From an uncultured bacterium (GTDB lineage: Bacteria > 4484-113): a stretch of 64,000 nucleotides of DNA. The position numbers and the translations under genes were made by a program. The number at the start of each line of letters is the position of its first letter. Position 1 is the first letter of the stretch. Shown in pieces: positions 18,449 through 29,130 of the stretch. The stretch is from contig CAVVLL010000001.1 in NCBI GenBank assembly GCA_963749125.1, positions 53,724 through 117,723 on the forward strand, read 5' to 3'. The notes beneath the pieces are model-generated. The model worked only from the letters and a program-made list of their open reading frames with translations, made no database searches and was not told the origin of the DNA.

Positions 18449-21118
18449 CTACCGCGCCATCTGCGCATCCATCGCGGCGGTGATGCGCGCGTTCTCCTCT
18501 GTGAGATGCGCGCGGGTTGCATCATCCAGCCCCTTTGTGCGCAGCGCCTCAATGATAGCGGTGCGGAGGTTCGTCAGGTCGTAGCGGGCGAGGCTCGCGG
18601 CATCCAATGGCGCGCCGCTGCCGCCAATCATAAGGCCAATGAGCATCCCTGTATGCTGGCGCTGGAGGTTGCGGCGGAAGCTGTTGACGTTTTGCTTCGC
18701 GTAAACCTCTTCCCAGATGGAGTGGCGCAGCGTCTGGAACATCTCGCTCATCGTGAACTGCGATTCGCCCGGCGCGTAATGCAACGGCATGTCTTCTAGC
18801 CGCCGCAGCATCGCCGCGCTGTAGAGGTAGCCAAGCGGGCTGGTCTGGATGCCGAACACCAGCTCGTGCATCGGGAAATCCACGCGCTCGCGGTTCCAGT
18901 TCGTGCCGGAATAGTCGTCATAACGCTCGGGCGCGAGCTTGTTGAGCAGGTCGGCCGAGATGGGGAACGCATCGGCGTCAAAGATGTACTTGTCCAGGAA
19001 CGCCAGCGCCTCGCGCTGCTTGGCGGCTGAAACTGGCTTGAATGGAACACGCCCGTCGGGATCGCCGATGTGGTCGCGGTTTTGGTAGATGCCGCCGACG
19101 AAGCGCACGGCGTTGGATGCGCCCGACGAATACATGCCAAGCGCGTTGGCATAAACCCAGCGCAGGCGCTGGTAGCGCGTGCCGGGCTTCTCCAACTTGC
19201 CTTCCATGTTGCTCATGATTTCCTTGGAAAGCTCGATGTGGCCGCGGCAGGATGCAAGCGGGTCGTCGCCCAAGTCCCACATCGTCGTGAGTGGGTCAAT
19301 TCCGCGCGGCGAATTGCCTATCGCGTCTTCGTCGGTGCCGTATGTCAGCCACGGCTCGTTGGCTCGGGCGGCAATCCTGCGCAGTTCGCCAAGCTCGTCC
19401 TCGGGCGACTTAGCGGTAATGGGCTTGTAGCCGTATTCAATGGTCCAGTAGTCCCACGGGCCGAGTGTTGTCTGCCAGTAAGGCCCCTGTTTCATTCCCG
19501 GCGCTGCGAAATTCGCGTCGTTGTAGTCCATTACAGAGCCGGTCAGACCGTTCTTCTCCACGAAGTCCTTGTCTTGCAGCTCGTAGAGCGAGTGGATTGA
19601 GCTGGCACGGAAATTGTGGCGGCAGCCCATCGTGTGGCCGACTTCGTGCACGACCAGCGCCTTCACCGCGTCCTGCAGGAACTGCTTCGCCTCTGGCGAG
19701 TCGGCTGTGAAGTCGCCGCGCGCCTCAAGCAGGTTCATGCCAAAGGCGACGCGCTGCGCAAGCCCCTGGGAGAAGTCATCGCGGTATTGCGGCTGGTTCA
19801 TCCACGGGAACTTCACCGGGTTGGGCATCGCCGGCGGAGTTGACGGAGATGGGCCTTTAACGAGTTCGTAGCTATACGCATACCAGCGCAGGAAGTCGGC
19901 GCATATGCGAACGTCCGCGGCGTATATCTCGCCGGTGTAGGGGTCTGTCCAGCAAGGGCCGACCGCATATCCCTGTTCGGGCATGACAATCCAGCGCACG
20001 CAGTTGTAGCGCACGTCGGCGGAACTCCAGTCTGCATCGTCGGGCTGCTGCTTCACGACGATTGCGTCCTTAATGCCCGCTTTCTCAAACGCCTTATTCC
20101 AAGCGAGTATGCCGTCGCGCACCGCATCGCGGTATTCAACGGGGACAGTGTTCGCTACCCAATAGACTATGGGCTCTTTGGGCGGAGACACCTCCATCTC
20201 GGGGAACTGCTTCTCCAAGCGCCAGCGGTTGACCAGGCGCACGTATGCGTTGTCCGTCGCCAACGTGTCATAGTTCATATACATGGTCGTGAACAAGCCG
20301 ATGCGGTCGTCAGCGTAGCGCGACGTGTAGCCGGGCTCAGGACGGGTGCAAAGGCTGTAACGGTAACGGTGGATGAAGTTGCGCGAGTCGGGGATGGCTG
20401 GGCTGGTACTGGGAGGGGGGCCTCCGCACTTGAAGCTCGCGATTACCTCAACTTCAGTATTCTTGGGAAACGACTGAATCGTCCCGAAGCGCGTTTCCTG
20501 GTGGTCAAAGTAGTAGCCTGCGCCAATCTGGTTGAGCATGTTAGCCACCCCGGGATCCAGCAGGAACAGCGGCGATGGGTCTATGAGCATCGCGCCAGTC
20601 TTTGGGTCAGGTTCGCAGATTTGCGGAGATGAACCAACTATAGATTCTGATACGCCTGAAGCGATTGCGCGCGACATGGAGCTGCCGGGCTCGGCGCGGT
20701 AAGCGAGGTTGATTTGGATGACCTGAAGCTTCTTGCCGATTTTGCGGATTTCGAATGGGAAGTTACCCATCATCGCGCCTGAATCAAAGTAATAGCCGTC
20801 GCCGTAATCCAGCGTCAGGTTCAGCAGATACGGCACGTTTAGCTGGTCGGGCTTGACCGCAAGCAGGAATTTCTGTTCCTCTTCGTTGATGTAAAACGTG
20901 AACAAGCCTTCCACAGCCTTGCAGCCTTCAATAGCCTTCTCAAACGGGCTCTTTTCGGGCGGCGGCGGCGGAGCAGGAGGCGCGGGCGGCGCTTCTGCAG
21001 GCGCAGCAGCTGGCGGCTGATCTGGGGGTAGTGTCGGAGCTTCTTGAGCAAACGCAGCGAACGCCGTAAAGATAATCACGGCGGCGATCGCCAGCAGAAG
21101 GTGAGCGATGCGTCCCAT
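18449..21118 (-). CDS. Secreted zinc metalloprotease with a metzincin-type motif (large DUF4953-like family)
   Basis: HEVGHTMGCRH matches HExxHxxGxxH. 889 aa. Signal peptide plus a Pro/Ala-rich linker. Confidence 0.7.
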   Translation of the reverse strand: MGRIAHLLLAIAAVIIFTAFAAFAQEAPTLPPDQPPAAAPAEAPPAPPAPPPPPEKSPFEKAIEGCKAVEGLFTFYINEEEQKFLLAVKPDQLNVPYLLNLTLDYGDGYYFDSGAMMGNFPFEIRKIGKKLQVIQINLAYRAEPGSSMSRAIASGVSESIVGSSPQICEPDPKTGAMLIDPSPLFLLDPGVANMLNQIGAGYYFDHQETRFGTIQSFPKNTEVEVIASFKCGGPPPSTSPAIPDSRNFIHRYRYSLCTRPEPGYTSRYADDRIGLFTTMYMNYDTLATDNAYVRLVNRWRLEKQFPEMEVSPPKEPIVYWVANTVPVEYRDAVRDGILAWNKAFEKAGIKDAIVVKQQPDDADWSSADVRYNCVRWIVMPEQGYAVGPCWTDPYTGEIYAADVRICADFLRWYAYSYELVKGPSPSTPPAMPNPVKFPWMNQPQYRDDFSQGLAQRVAFGMNLLEARGDFTADSPEAKQFLQDAVKALVVHEVGHTMGCRHNFRASSIHSLYELQDKDFVEKNGLTGSVMDYNDANFAAPGMKQGPYWQTTLGPWDYWTIEYGYKPITAKSPEDELGELRRIAARANEPWLTYGTDEDAIGNSPRGIDPLTTMWDLGDDPLASCRGHIELSKEIMSNMEGKLEKPGTRYQRLRWVYANALGMYSSGASNAVRFVGGIYQNRDHIGDPDGRVPFKPVSAAKQREALAFLDKYIFDADAFPISADLLNKLAPERYDDYSGTNWNRERVDFPMHELVFGIQTSPLGYLYSAAMLRRLEDMPLHYAPGESQFTMSEMFQTLRHSIWEEVYAKQNVNSFRRNLQRQHTGMLIGLMIGGSGAPLDAASLARYDLTNLRTAIIEALRTKGLDDATRAHLTEENARITAAMDAQMAR

Positions 21119-21339
21119 TTACCTTCCTCCTAGGTCAAATAGCATAATTGCTGAAACTGGCACCATGGCAGGCGCAGCCCGAGAATTATAGCGCGTGCCA
21201 GGGCAAGACTGCGCCTAGAGCCATTTCTTTCGTCTGAAAATGGTTACCAGCAGAATTTCGCTCACACTTCCGCAGCGCAGCCATGTGCGGCGCGACCCAA
21301 ATAGTGTAACGCGCTTGCTGAGCCTGTCAATGAGGTCTA

Positions 21340-22629
21340 TTACTCTTCGCAGCCTTTGAGCGTCTGTAATTCAACCAGAAATTCCTCGTATTCCAGCTCT
21401 GCAGCCGCCTGCGCTTCCATACGGGCTTTGTTAACCTGGTCGTATGACTCGTCCAAGGCGTCCACAATGCCCTGGTCAAGGGAACCGCTTTCAGCCATGC
21501 CCCTGATTATCTCTGTGATGGAATCCCTGTCCATTCCGCTTCGGTAAGGCCTATCCTCCGCAAGTGCAGTAAAAACGTCGGCGACCGACATCACGCGTGC
21601 GCCCAGCGAGAGGTTCTCCGCATCAATATGGAACGGGTAGCCTTTGCCATTCAGCCGCTCGTGGTGGGAAGACGCCCATTCCACGATGTCGCCTAGCCCG
21701 CCGATTTTCTCCAGCAGCCGCCGCGAGTTGTGGGTGTGGCCGCGGATAATGTAAGTCTCATCCTCGGATAATGATGCAGGCTTGTTCAGTATCTCCGCCG
21801 GGACTGCCAGCTTGCCGATGTCATGGAGCAGGCCTGCGAGCCGCATTTGGCGCTGCTCGTCGGGGTTCATCCCGCAAACCTCCGCAAGCTTAGCGGCAGA
21901 CGCTGAAACGCCCTGCGAGTGCGTGGATGTGAACGAGCTTTTGTAATCAATGATGTGGGAGAGAAACCTTGCCAGCTCCTCCATCTGCGTGTAATCCAAG
22001 TCAAGCGTGATATCGCCTGCGAGCTTGCGCACTACGTCGGGCAGGAAGGGCGACACCGAATCCAGCCAGAAGAACTCCTTCTCCGACAGGCGCATGAACG
22101 CGTTGACGTAATCCGGCACGAACAGCTTGCCTGAGCCTTCGCATATGCGAGCGCTGATGGATTGCGCCTGAGAGAGGATGTTCCTGTCAGGCTCGCGCAG
22201 CACGTCAATGCGGTCCGAGAGGTTTATCAAGTGGCTCAGCATCGGAATACTATTCCCGTTACCTCCCGAGCCTTCGCCGTCGCGCCACGGCCGGTGGTGG
22301 TAACGGACGATTTTCGCCGCATTCTTAAACGGCCCGAAACGGCGCAGGAAGATGCACCCCATCTTCGAATGCAGATCCGGCTTCGTCAGCTCAAATGACA
22401 GCGTGTCCAGTCGCTCCTCCAGTGAGAATGCTCCGATGTCGTGCAGCGACGCGGCAAGGAATGCCTCGCGCAGCTGTTCTTCAGAGATTCCCGCTTCCTT
22501 GCCGATAGAGAGCGTGTAGTATGAAACGCGGCGGTGGTGGCCCGCAACTAGCGGGCTTACGAAGTCAACCGCAGCCCCCATTGCCGTGACCATGTCTATG
22601 AGGTCAATCTTGTATGTCCTATCGGGCAT
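21340..22629 (-). CDS. HD-GYP domain c-di-GMP phosphodiesterase-like protein (two HD-type domains)
   Basis: LLHDIGKLAVP and HHERLNGKGYPF (HD and GYP motifs). A degenerate first HD domain. Confidence 0.75.
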   Translation of the reverse strand: MPDRTYKIDLIDMVTAMGAAVDFVSPLVAGHHRRVSYYTLSIGKEAGISEEQLREAFLAASLHDIGAFSLEERLDTLSFELTKPDLHSKMGCIFLRRFGPFKNAAKIVRYHHRPWRDGEGSGGNGNSIPMLSHLINLSDRIDVLREPDRNILSQAQSISARICEGSGKLFVPDYVNAFMRLSEKEFFWLDSVSPFLPDVVRKLAGDITLDLDYTQMEELARFLSHIIDYKSSFTSTHSQGVSASAAKLAEVCGMNPDEQRQMRLAGLLHDIGKLAVPAEILNKPASLSEDETYIIRGHTHNSRRLLEKIGGLGDIVEWASSHHERLNGKGYPFHIDAENLSLGARVMSVADVFTALAEDRPYRSGMDRDSITEIIRGMAESGSLDQGIVDALDESYDQVNKARMEAQAAAELEYEEFLVELQTLKGCEE

Positions 22630-22689
22630 CGCCTAACTCCTCAATTTAGAGCACTCTAAATGCTACCATTGCCTGAAATCTACTGCAAG

Positions 22690-23892
22690 CTAAGCTGGCT
22701 TCGCCGCGCGCCGCTTGGGCAGGCAGACCAGCCATGTCGTCACAGCCGCCCCTGCAAGCGCGACTGCAACCGCCACCATCGCGGGTATTGCGTAACTTTG
22801 CGTTCGGTCGTAAAGCAGCCCGCCGATGGTAGGCCCCATCGTCCCTGACACCGTGTAGGCAAGGAATATGAATGGGTAAACGCCTGAGACGCGCTCGGCG
22901 CCGAACACCAACGCCACCTGCGCCGCATACACGACGAAGCATGCGCCGAAACCGGCCCCCGCCAGCGTCGCCACAACTGCGAATACAACCCCGAAGCGCG
23001 CCGAGGGCTGGAGCGCCAGCACCGTTAGCGCGAGAAACACCAGCGAGACTGGGATAGCGAACCTGCCCAGCCGGTCAAACACCCACCCCCACACTATGCG
23101 CCCAACCGCATTGCCGGCCGCGAATGCGCCGACTGCGGCGGTGGACAGCGCCTGGCTTAATCCAAGTTCCAGCCCAATGGGCTTCAAGTTACCGATGACG
23201 AGCAAGCCAGCGAATGTCCCCGCGAACAGCCCGCTGACCATCCCCCAGTATGCGCGCTGGCGCAAAAGCTCGCGCAGCTTTACCTTTTCGCGCACGGGAC
23301 CTTCCACTTTCGCAGGCAGTGAGAGCAGCGCCGCCATGAGCAGGATTGAGATGCCGTAGATAAGCCCGACAATGCGCCAGATGACGAGGACATCCGCGCC
23401 GCGTTCCAGCGCCCATCCTGCGACCGCCGACAGCAGGATCGCGCCTGCGCCGAAGCCTGCGACCGCAAGGCCGGTGATCATCCCCTTTTGTTTCGGGAAC
23501 CAAAGCATGCAGGCGACGATGGGCGAGAGGTAACCGAAGCCCACGCCTGCGCCGGCAATGAAACCGATGCCCAGCAGGATTAGCGCGAATGAGCCGCCTG
23601 AGAATGACGCGATCAGGTAGCCCGTCATGTAAACCACCGCGCCGATGACGACAGCTAGCCTCGGCCCGAGACGGTCGTGCAGCTTGCCCGAGAAGACGAA
23701 ACAGAATGCGAATGTGGCGACCGCCGCGCCGAAGATTATCTGCGTCTCGGTTGTGCTAAGCCCGTAAACCTCGCGCAGCGGCGGGACGAAGACGCTCCAT
23801 GCGTATATGCTGCCGAAGCAGAATTGGATGAGCACCGACGCAATTAGGACAATGTAACACTGCATATCCGGCGTTCCCGCCGCGGTAATCAT
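22690..23892 (-). CDS. Major facilitator superfamily (MFS) transporter
   Basis: About 12 transmembrane segments with the glycine-rich pattern typical of MFS transporters. Confidence 0.75.
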   Translation of the reverse strand: MITAAGTPDMQCYIVLIASVLIQFCFGSIYAWSVFVPPLREVYGLSTTETQIIFGAAVATFAFCFVFSGKLHDRLGPRLAVVIGAVVYMTGYLIASFSGGSFALILLGIGFIAGAGVGFGYLSPIVACMLWFPKQKGMITGLAVAGFGAGAILLSAVAGWALERGADVLVIWRIVGLIYGISILLMAALLSLPAKVEGPVREKVKLRELLRQRAYWGMVSGLFAGTFAGLLVIGNLKPIGLELGLSQALSTAAVGAFAAGNAVGRIVWGWVFDRLGRFAIPVSLVFLALTVLALQPSARFGVVFAVVATLAGAGFGACFVVYAAQVALVFGAERVSGVYPFIFLAYTVSGTMGPTIGGLLYDRTQSYAIPAMVAVAVALAGAAVTTWLVCLPKRRAAKPA

Positions 23893-24095
23893 ACCATCAG
23901 GGGGTTAAATAACCTCAGCAATTGTTACCTTTTCACTAGAAGCTTCAACCCTCTTTCTTCTTTACCATGGTAATGAAGAAGAAGAATAATTACGAACAGC
24001 ACCACATGAACAGCCTTCTTTAATGGTGCATCTTATAATTGTTCAGATCTTTGAAGTACGCAAGGCCTTTTTGATCTCTCGTATTGGAGTATTAA

Positions 24096-24566
24096 ATGAA
24101 ACAGGGCAACAGCATACTCGTTGCGCTTCTAATAGGGGCGGTAATCGGAGCCACATTAGGCTATATCGCGTGCTATTCAATTTCTTTCTTTCGCTTACCG
24201 GGTATCAGCGTAGTAGGGGATAATGAGAGCGGCAACAAATCAGATGCAGATAACAACACTGCGCCCGAACCATCAGCGCTGAGCCTGACTGCGCATAAAA
24301 TCAGCATCGTTGGAGAAGATGGGAAAGTGTGTATGGAAATTATCGGCTCCAGCGCTAAAGACGCAGATGGAAAAGCTGATACATCTGGATATATTCTATT
24401 TTACGATGATAAAGGCCAGATTACCCACTTCTTAGGCACTCATGATGGTTCAATGATTATTAAGCGGGCCGACAGTATCTGGGGAATTGAAGAGCCGCGT
24501 ACGATGTTTTATTTCGACGAGAAGGCTTTCTCTAATAAACTTAGAACTAAGCAGATTGAAAGATAA
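24096..24566 (+). CDS. Hypothetical membrane-anchored protein in a low-GC patch
   Basis: N-terminal transmembrane segment. The local region is AT-rich relative to the window. Confidence 0.45.
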   Translation: MKQGNSILVALLIGAVIGATLGYIACYSISFFRLPGISVVGDNESGNKSDADNNTAPEPSALSLTAHKISIVGEDGKVCMEIIGSSAKDADGKADTSGYILFYDDKGQITHFLGTHDGSMIIKRADSIWGIEEPRTMFYFDEKAFSNKLRTKQIER

Positions 24567-24739
24567 ATGGAATGTAGTTGCGCAAGCTTGAGCCATGACA
24601 AGTTAGCGCAGTTGTTTTCGTAAAGGATTTGGACTTAAGTTCGCTATTCCGGGGTTTCGGAATTCTATATCTGGAACCTAACCCCTAATCCCTCATCCCT
24701 AATCCCTTCTTCCCCGCCCCGTGTATAATTCACTCCCCA

Positions 24740-25699
24740 ATGATTGTATCGGTGCAAATGACGAAGCTTGAGCGGATGCAGGCGGCGCTGGGTGGCCGCA
24801 AGGTTGACCGCGCGCCCTACTCCGTTTGGTACCACTTCGGCCAGCAATTCCGCGACGGCATGGCGCACGCCGAACTGGAGCACGCGTTCTACCAGCGCTT
24901 TGACCTTGACTTCCTCAAGGTCATGAACGACTACGACTACCCGCGCGCCGAAGACATGTATGACGTGGTGGAGCCCGGGGACTGGCACCGCTTGCCGCAG
25001 GTGAGCCCGTGGAGCTACGACGGCTACAAGCAGGAACTCACAGCGCTGCGCGAGCTTTCGCGGCGCATGGGGACCGAGGCGTACTTCATAGACACCATCT
25101 TCTCGCCCTGGACGACCGCGCGCAACATCTGCTGGAAGAACTGGCGCACGCACATGAACGAGCATCCCGACGACTTCCTCGCAGGCCTGGAGACGATCAC
25201 AGTGAACCTTGAACGCCTCGTGTCGGCGATGATGGAAGTCGGCACGGCGGGCATCTTCTTCTCGGTCGCTGGCGCGGCGAAGGAATACATGACGTGGGAA
25301 GAATACGAGCGCTTCGGCAAGCCCTTTGACATCCGCGTGCTGAAGGCGGCCGAGGGCGCGGCGATGAACGTGCTGCATGTTCATGGAAGCGCGGTGTATC
25401 TGCGCGAGCTGCTTGATTATCCTGTGACCTGCATAAACTGGGCTGACCGAGACGCCACGAACCCATCGCTTGCCGAGGTGCGCAAGCTCACGAAGCTTCC
25501 GCTCATGGGCGGCGTTGACCATGAGAGCTTCAAGGAAATGACGCTTGACGAAATCCAAGCGCAGGTTGACGACGCGCATGCGCAGCTCAAGGGACGCGCG
25601 TTCATCCTCGCGCCGGGATGCAGCCTGAAGACCAATACGCTGCCGCGCCAGATAGACAATCTGCGCGATGCGGCGCACCGCCTGCGCGCGGGCGGCTAG
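24740..25699 (+). CDS. Uroporphyrinogen decarboxylase (URO-D) family protein (methyltransferase MtaA/CmuA-like)
   Basis: Length and general similarity to the URO-D fold. No specific motif verified. Confidence 0.55.
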   Translation: MIVSVQMTKLERMQAALGGRKVDRAPYSVWYHFGQQFRDGMAHAELEHAFYQRFDLDFLKVMNDYDYPRAEDMYDVVEPGDWHRLPQVSPWSYDGYKQELTALRELSRRMGTEAYFIDTIFSPWTTARNICWKNWRTHMNEHPDDFLAGLETITVNLERLVSAMMEVGTAGIFFSVAGAAKEYMTWEEYERFGKPFDIRVLKAAEGAAMNVLHVHGSAVYLRELLDYPVTCINWADRDATNPSLAEVRKLTKLPLMGGVDHESFKEMTLDEIQAQVDDAHAQLKGRAFILAPGCSLKTNTLPRQIDNLRDAAHRLRAGG

Positions 25700-25776
25700 G
25701 CGAAAAGCAGGCGTCACTTGCCCAAGCTTCGCGGCGATGTTAGAATGTGTGCCCCTGCACCGCAGGAAACGCCCGT

Positions 25777-25859
25777 GCCGAAGTGGCGGAATGGCAGACG
25801 CGCTAGGTTCAGGACCTAGTGAGAGCAATCTCGTGGGGGTTCGAGTCCCCCCTTCGGCA
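25777..25859 (+). tRNA. tRNA-Leu (anticodon CAG)
   Basis: Sequence gccgaagtggcggaatggcagacgcgctaggtTCAGGacctag...gggggttcgagtcccccttcggc-a. Acceptor stem 7 bp. Long variable arm. Anticodon loop ttCAGga. Confidence 0.85.
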
Positions 25860-25915
25860 TCTTGTACGCCTGCTTCCACGCTTGAACACAATGCTAGTCC
25901 CCGCGTCCTATAAGC

Positions 25916-26224
25916 GTGGGGAAAAGGATCTTAAGAAATTTGGCTCTATATATGATAGCGAGCTTTATCGGCATTCTTATAACTACAGCTTTACCGGAGC
26001 CGATGATCCGCGGCTCACTGACACCACCACTACATAGCTCTTGGCTTCGAGTGCGGTATTCTATGGTCGATGGAGCTGTAGAGATTATTCCTGAAAGTGG
26101 ACGATTGGATATCGTCTCGCCTGAGTATGGGATTATGACGTCAGAACGCGCTTCGTTTGATGGGAACATGCCTGTTCCACTAATGGATATACCTACGATA
26201 GTCACTTCCATCGAATCTGAATAA
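25916..26224 (+). CDS. Hypothetical small protein (low GC, downstream of tRNA-Leu)
   Basis: ORF only. Composition is atypical for the window. Confidence 0.3.
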   Translation: MGKRILRNLALYMIASFIGILITTALPEPMIRGSLTPPLHSSWLRVRYSMVDGAVEIIPESGRLDIVSPEYGIMTSERASFDGNMPVPLMDIPTIVTSIESE

Positions 26225-26255
26225 GGAATAATTGATATCTCACAAAGGAAAAATC

Positions 26256-27191
26256 GTGCTTAAGCGCTACTCATCTGAATACAAGCTAGTGTCTTTATCT
26301 GTAGTCTTTGCCTTAGCTCTAGCCTTCCTCTTTGCACTTACACATTATGCGTTAGCTGCCCAAACACGTGAGTTCCCGCGCATGGGCGTGAGGGTCACGC
26401 AAGACGTGGCATACGCAACCGTGGACGGCACGGCGCTTTTGCTTGACGCATACGAGCCGGTGACGAAGGACAGGGAACGGCCGGTCGTGGTCTACATCCA
26501 CGGCGGCGGGTGGAAAGGCGGCGACAAGGACGGCGGCGCGCGCTTCCTCCTCCCGCTTGTGAAGGCAGGCTACGTCGGCTTCTCAATCAACTACCGCTTG
26601 AGCGGTGAAGCGCAATTCCCCGCGCAGATACACGACTGCAAGGCCGCGATACGCTGGGTGCGCAAGCATGCTGCTGAATACGGCGGCGACGGCACTCGCA
26701 TCGGCGTGTTCGGCACTTCCGCTGGCGGGCATCTCGTCGCGCTGCTGGGCACGAGCAACGGCGTCGCACAGCTTGAAGGCGACGAAGGCGTGACCGGCGT
26801 TTCAAGCGACGTGCAGGCGGTCTGCGACTGGTTCGGCCCGTCCGACCTCGCCAGGCCAGGCATGGCCGACAATCCCGATGGCCTCGTGGCGCGCTTGCTC
26901 GGTGCGGAGGTGAGAGATGCGCCGGAGCTGGCTGCGCAGGCATCGCCGGTGACATTCGTAGACCCGAGCGACCCGCCGTTCCTCATTATTCACGGGACCA
27001 AAGACCCGCTGGTGCCCTTCGCGCAGTCGCAGGAGCTTCGCGACGTGCTGCTCGCCGCGGGCGTGAGCGTCCAGCTTATTGATGTCCCCGGCGGCAAGCA
27101 CGGCGGCTTTGAGCGCACGACCCCCGACCAGCGCGAGCTTATGCAGGCGATGCTCGCCTTCTTTGACAAGCACATCCGCTACGGCGGCTAG
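26256..27191 (+). CDS. Secreted alpha/beta hydrolase (esterase/lipase fold)
   Basis: HGGGW oxyanion motif. Nucleophile elbow GTSAGG. Signal peptide. GTG start at 26256 preceded by AGGAAAAA; the ORF track starts at TTG 26232. Confidence 0.7.
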   Translation: MLKRYSSEYKLVSLSVVFALALAFLFALTHYALAAQTREFPRMGVRVTQDVAYATVDGTALLLDAYEPVTKDRERPVVVYIHGGGWKGGDKDGGARFLLPLVKAGYVGFSINYRLSGEAQFPAQIHDCKAAIRWVRKHAAEYGGDGTRIGVFGTSAGGHLVALLGTSNGVAQLEGDEGVTGVSSDVQAVCDWFGPSDLARPGMADNPDGLVARLLGAEVRDAPELAAQASPVTFVDPSDPPFLIIHGTKDPLVPFAQSQELRDVLLAAGVSVQLIDVPGGKHGGFERTTPDQRELMQAMLAFFDKHIRYGG

Positions 27192-27242
27192 ACATTTTCC
27201 CTTAGTGCTAGAATAGCGCCTATCCATTGCCGGGAGGCGCGC

Positions 27243-27692
27243 ATGGCGCTGCAACACGATTATTTGCATAACAACGTAACGGCTGCGTTTTTGGGGCTGT
27301 CGCGAAGCGGCAAGGGCTACGGCTGGGACGTGCTCAATGCGATACGCAACTACTCGCCTATAACCAAAATCATCGCCGTGCATCCCTGCGCCACCGCCGA
27401 CGAGATGAAAGGCATGCAGACCGTGCACTTGGCCGACGAAATCAAGCCTCCGCCCGACCTCGCCATCGTCGTGCTCAAGCCCAAGGACGCATATAACGCG
27501 ATTGAAGGGCTTGCCGCCGCGGGCATCAAGAAGGTATGGCTCGTGATGGGCGCGTGCAGCAAGGACAACCGCGAATATGCGGAAAAGCAGGGCATGGAGG
27601 TCGTGGGCGGCTGCCCCATCCTCTTCGTTGAAGACCCCGGCTTCCCCCATAACATCCACCGCGCGCTGGCGAAGATCTTCGGGAAGATATAG
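27243..27692 (+). CDS. CoA-binding domain-like protein
   Basis: 149 aa. Resembles the YccU-type CoA-binding fold. Paralog of the next gene. Confidence 0.55.
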   Translation: MALQHDYLHNNVTAAFLGLSRSGKGYGWDVLNAIRNYSPITKIIAVHPCATADEMKGMQTVHLADEIKPPPDLAIVVLKPKDAYNAIEGLAAAGIKKVWLVMGACSKDNREYAEKQGMEVVGGCPILFVEDPGFPHNIHRALAKIFGKI

Positions 27693-27814
27693 CTAGGATA
27701 AAAAGCGCCTTCGCAAGTAAGTATATTGGCGAGGCTGCGGGGTAATAACATAAGTTATTGGCTGCTCGAGGCGGCATCAGGCATGCCGGGTGAAGAGATT
27801 TGGAGGAAGGTAGG

Positions 27815-28258
27815 ATGTTACAGCACGACTTACTAAAGACGAAAGGGCCGGTCGCGCTTTATGGGCTCTCGCGCACCCATAAGGGATACGCACGAGATGT
27901 GCTCTCGGCATTGCGCGTTAGCTCTCCCACCGCAGAAATATTTGCCGTCCATCCTTCTGCCTGGAGCGGAAGCTTGCACGGCGTTATCTCAGTCCGGTCG
28001 GCGAAGGAAATCGATGGCCCTGAACTTGCGGTGATTGTGCTCAAGCCGGAGAATGCGCGCAAGGCGCTGGAGGATGCGGCTGATGCCGGCGCGCAGAAGG
28101 TGTGGCTAGTGATGAATGCAGCTAGCAAAGAGAATCAGGAATATGCCGCAAAGCGAGGGATGCAGGTTGTCAGCGGATGCCCGATGCTCTTTGTGGACGA
28201 CCCCGTTTTCCCGCACAGCATCCACCGCGCCATCGCCAAGCTGTTTGGCAAAGTCTAG
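27815..28258 (+). CDS. CoA-binding domain-like protein (tandem paralog)
   Basis: About 50% identical to 27243..27692 (MLQHD vs MALQHD, ...VWLVM...HRA(L/I)AK(I/L)FGK). Ribosome-binding site GGAGGAAGG. Confidence 0.55.
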   Translation: MLQHDLLKTKGPVALYGLSRTHKGYARDVLSALRVSSPTAEIFAVHPSAWSGSLHGVISVRSAKEIDGPELAVIVLKPENARKALEDAADAGAQKVWLVMNAASKENQEYAAKRGMQVVSGCPMLFVDDPVFPHSIHRAIAKLFGKV

Positions 28259-28293
28259 TTCTATATATCCAGCGGCCCGTTCTGTTACTGCGT

Positions 28294-29130
28294 CTACTGT
28301 TTCCATTCATTAGGGAAGGGCTCATACTCGTGCTGCCCAGAATAGCGGCCAAGCTCCTGCTCATTCTGACTGAAGAAGTCGTCAGTAAAGATATGCACGC
28401 CCCTTAGCTCCTCGAACCTGTAGTCGCTAACACTATCCTGTGGTTGAGTGGCCGTAAGGAACACATAATGAAAGTACTTCATGTCAGGATCGAAATACTC
28501 CATATCCTGATTCACATATCTAACGCAATCTGTCGCTCTGTACTCATCCTTAAATGCGATATCACATGCATTAACCATATCCCAATAGGAGTACTGGTGC
28601 CGTATTCGAAGACTGAAATCATTTCCATCGTTATCTTGTCGTCTGGTCATCATCAGAGCCCCGTATAGGCGCAAAATCGCTTCTAGTTGTGCGGGCGAAT
28701 ACACAATCGGCTCATCATAATTCTCTGCTCCGTATTGGGGTTCCTTAGGCTTTCTGACGCTTTTCGGCTTGACCAGCCAGAGTATTCCCTCTCTGCGAAA
28801 ACTTGCTATCCAAATATCTCCTTTATCAACCCAGACTACTAACGTCCCTTCCGGGATGGCAGGCCAGTCCTTCATAGATATTGTGCGCTTTTCCTGGTCT
28901 GTAATTCCAAACCACGTTAACCCAGTAACGAAGGATTCCTTTTCAATGCTGCCATGCGAATTCCACCAATCACAAAATGCCGCAACCGAAGGTTCATACC
29001 GTATGGCCATATTCAAATCCAGAACAGGATATTCATTGGCCTCACCTACAACAGGTACTGCAATTACGATAAGCGCGAATGCTGCAGCGATGCATAGCCA
29101 TGAAACAAGTTTTCGATAGTAGTTGTTCAT
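28294..29130 (-). CDS. Hypothetical secreted protein (lower GC)
   Basis: Signal peptide. No recognisable domain. Confidence 0.5.
   Translation of the reverse strand: MNNYYRKLVSWLCIAAAFALIVIAVPVVGEANEYPVLDLNMAIRYEPSVAAFCDWWNSHGSIEKESFVTGLTWFGITDQEKRTISMKDWPAIPEGTLVVWVDKGDIWIASFRREGILWLVKPKSVRKPKEPQYGAENYDEPIVYSPAQLEAILRLYGALMMTRRQDNDGNDFSLRIRHQYSYWDMVNACDIAFKDEYRATDCVRYVNQDMEYFDPDMKYFHYVFLTATQPQDSVSDYRFEELRGVHIFTDDFFSQNEQELGRYSGQHEYEPFPNEWKQ

Noticed and set aside
24665-24705. ccctaa / ccctca telomere-like repeat units
   Set aside because: There are only about 4 imperfect units, in a bacterial promoter-proximal context. They are reported as a G-free tract finding, not as a telomeric or tandem repeat.
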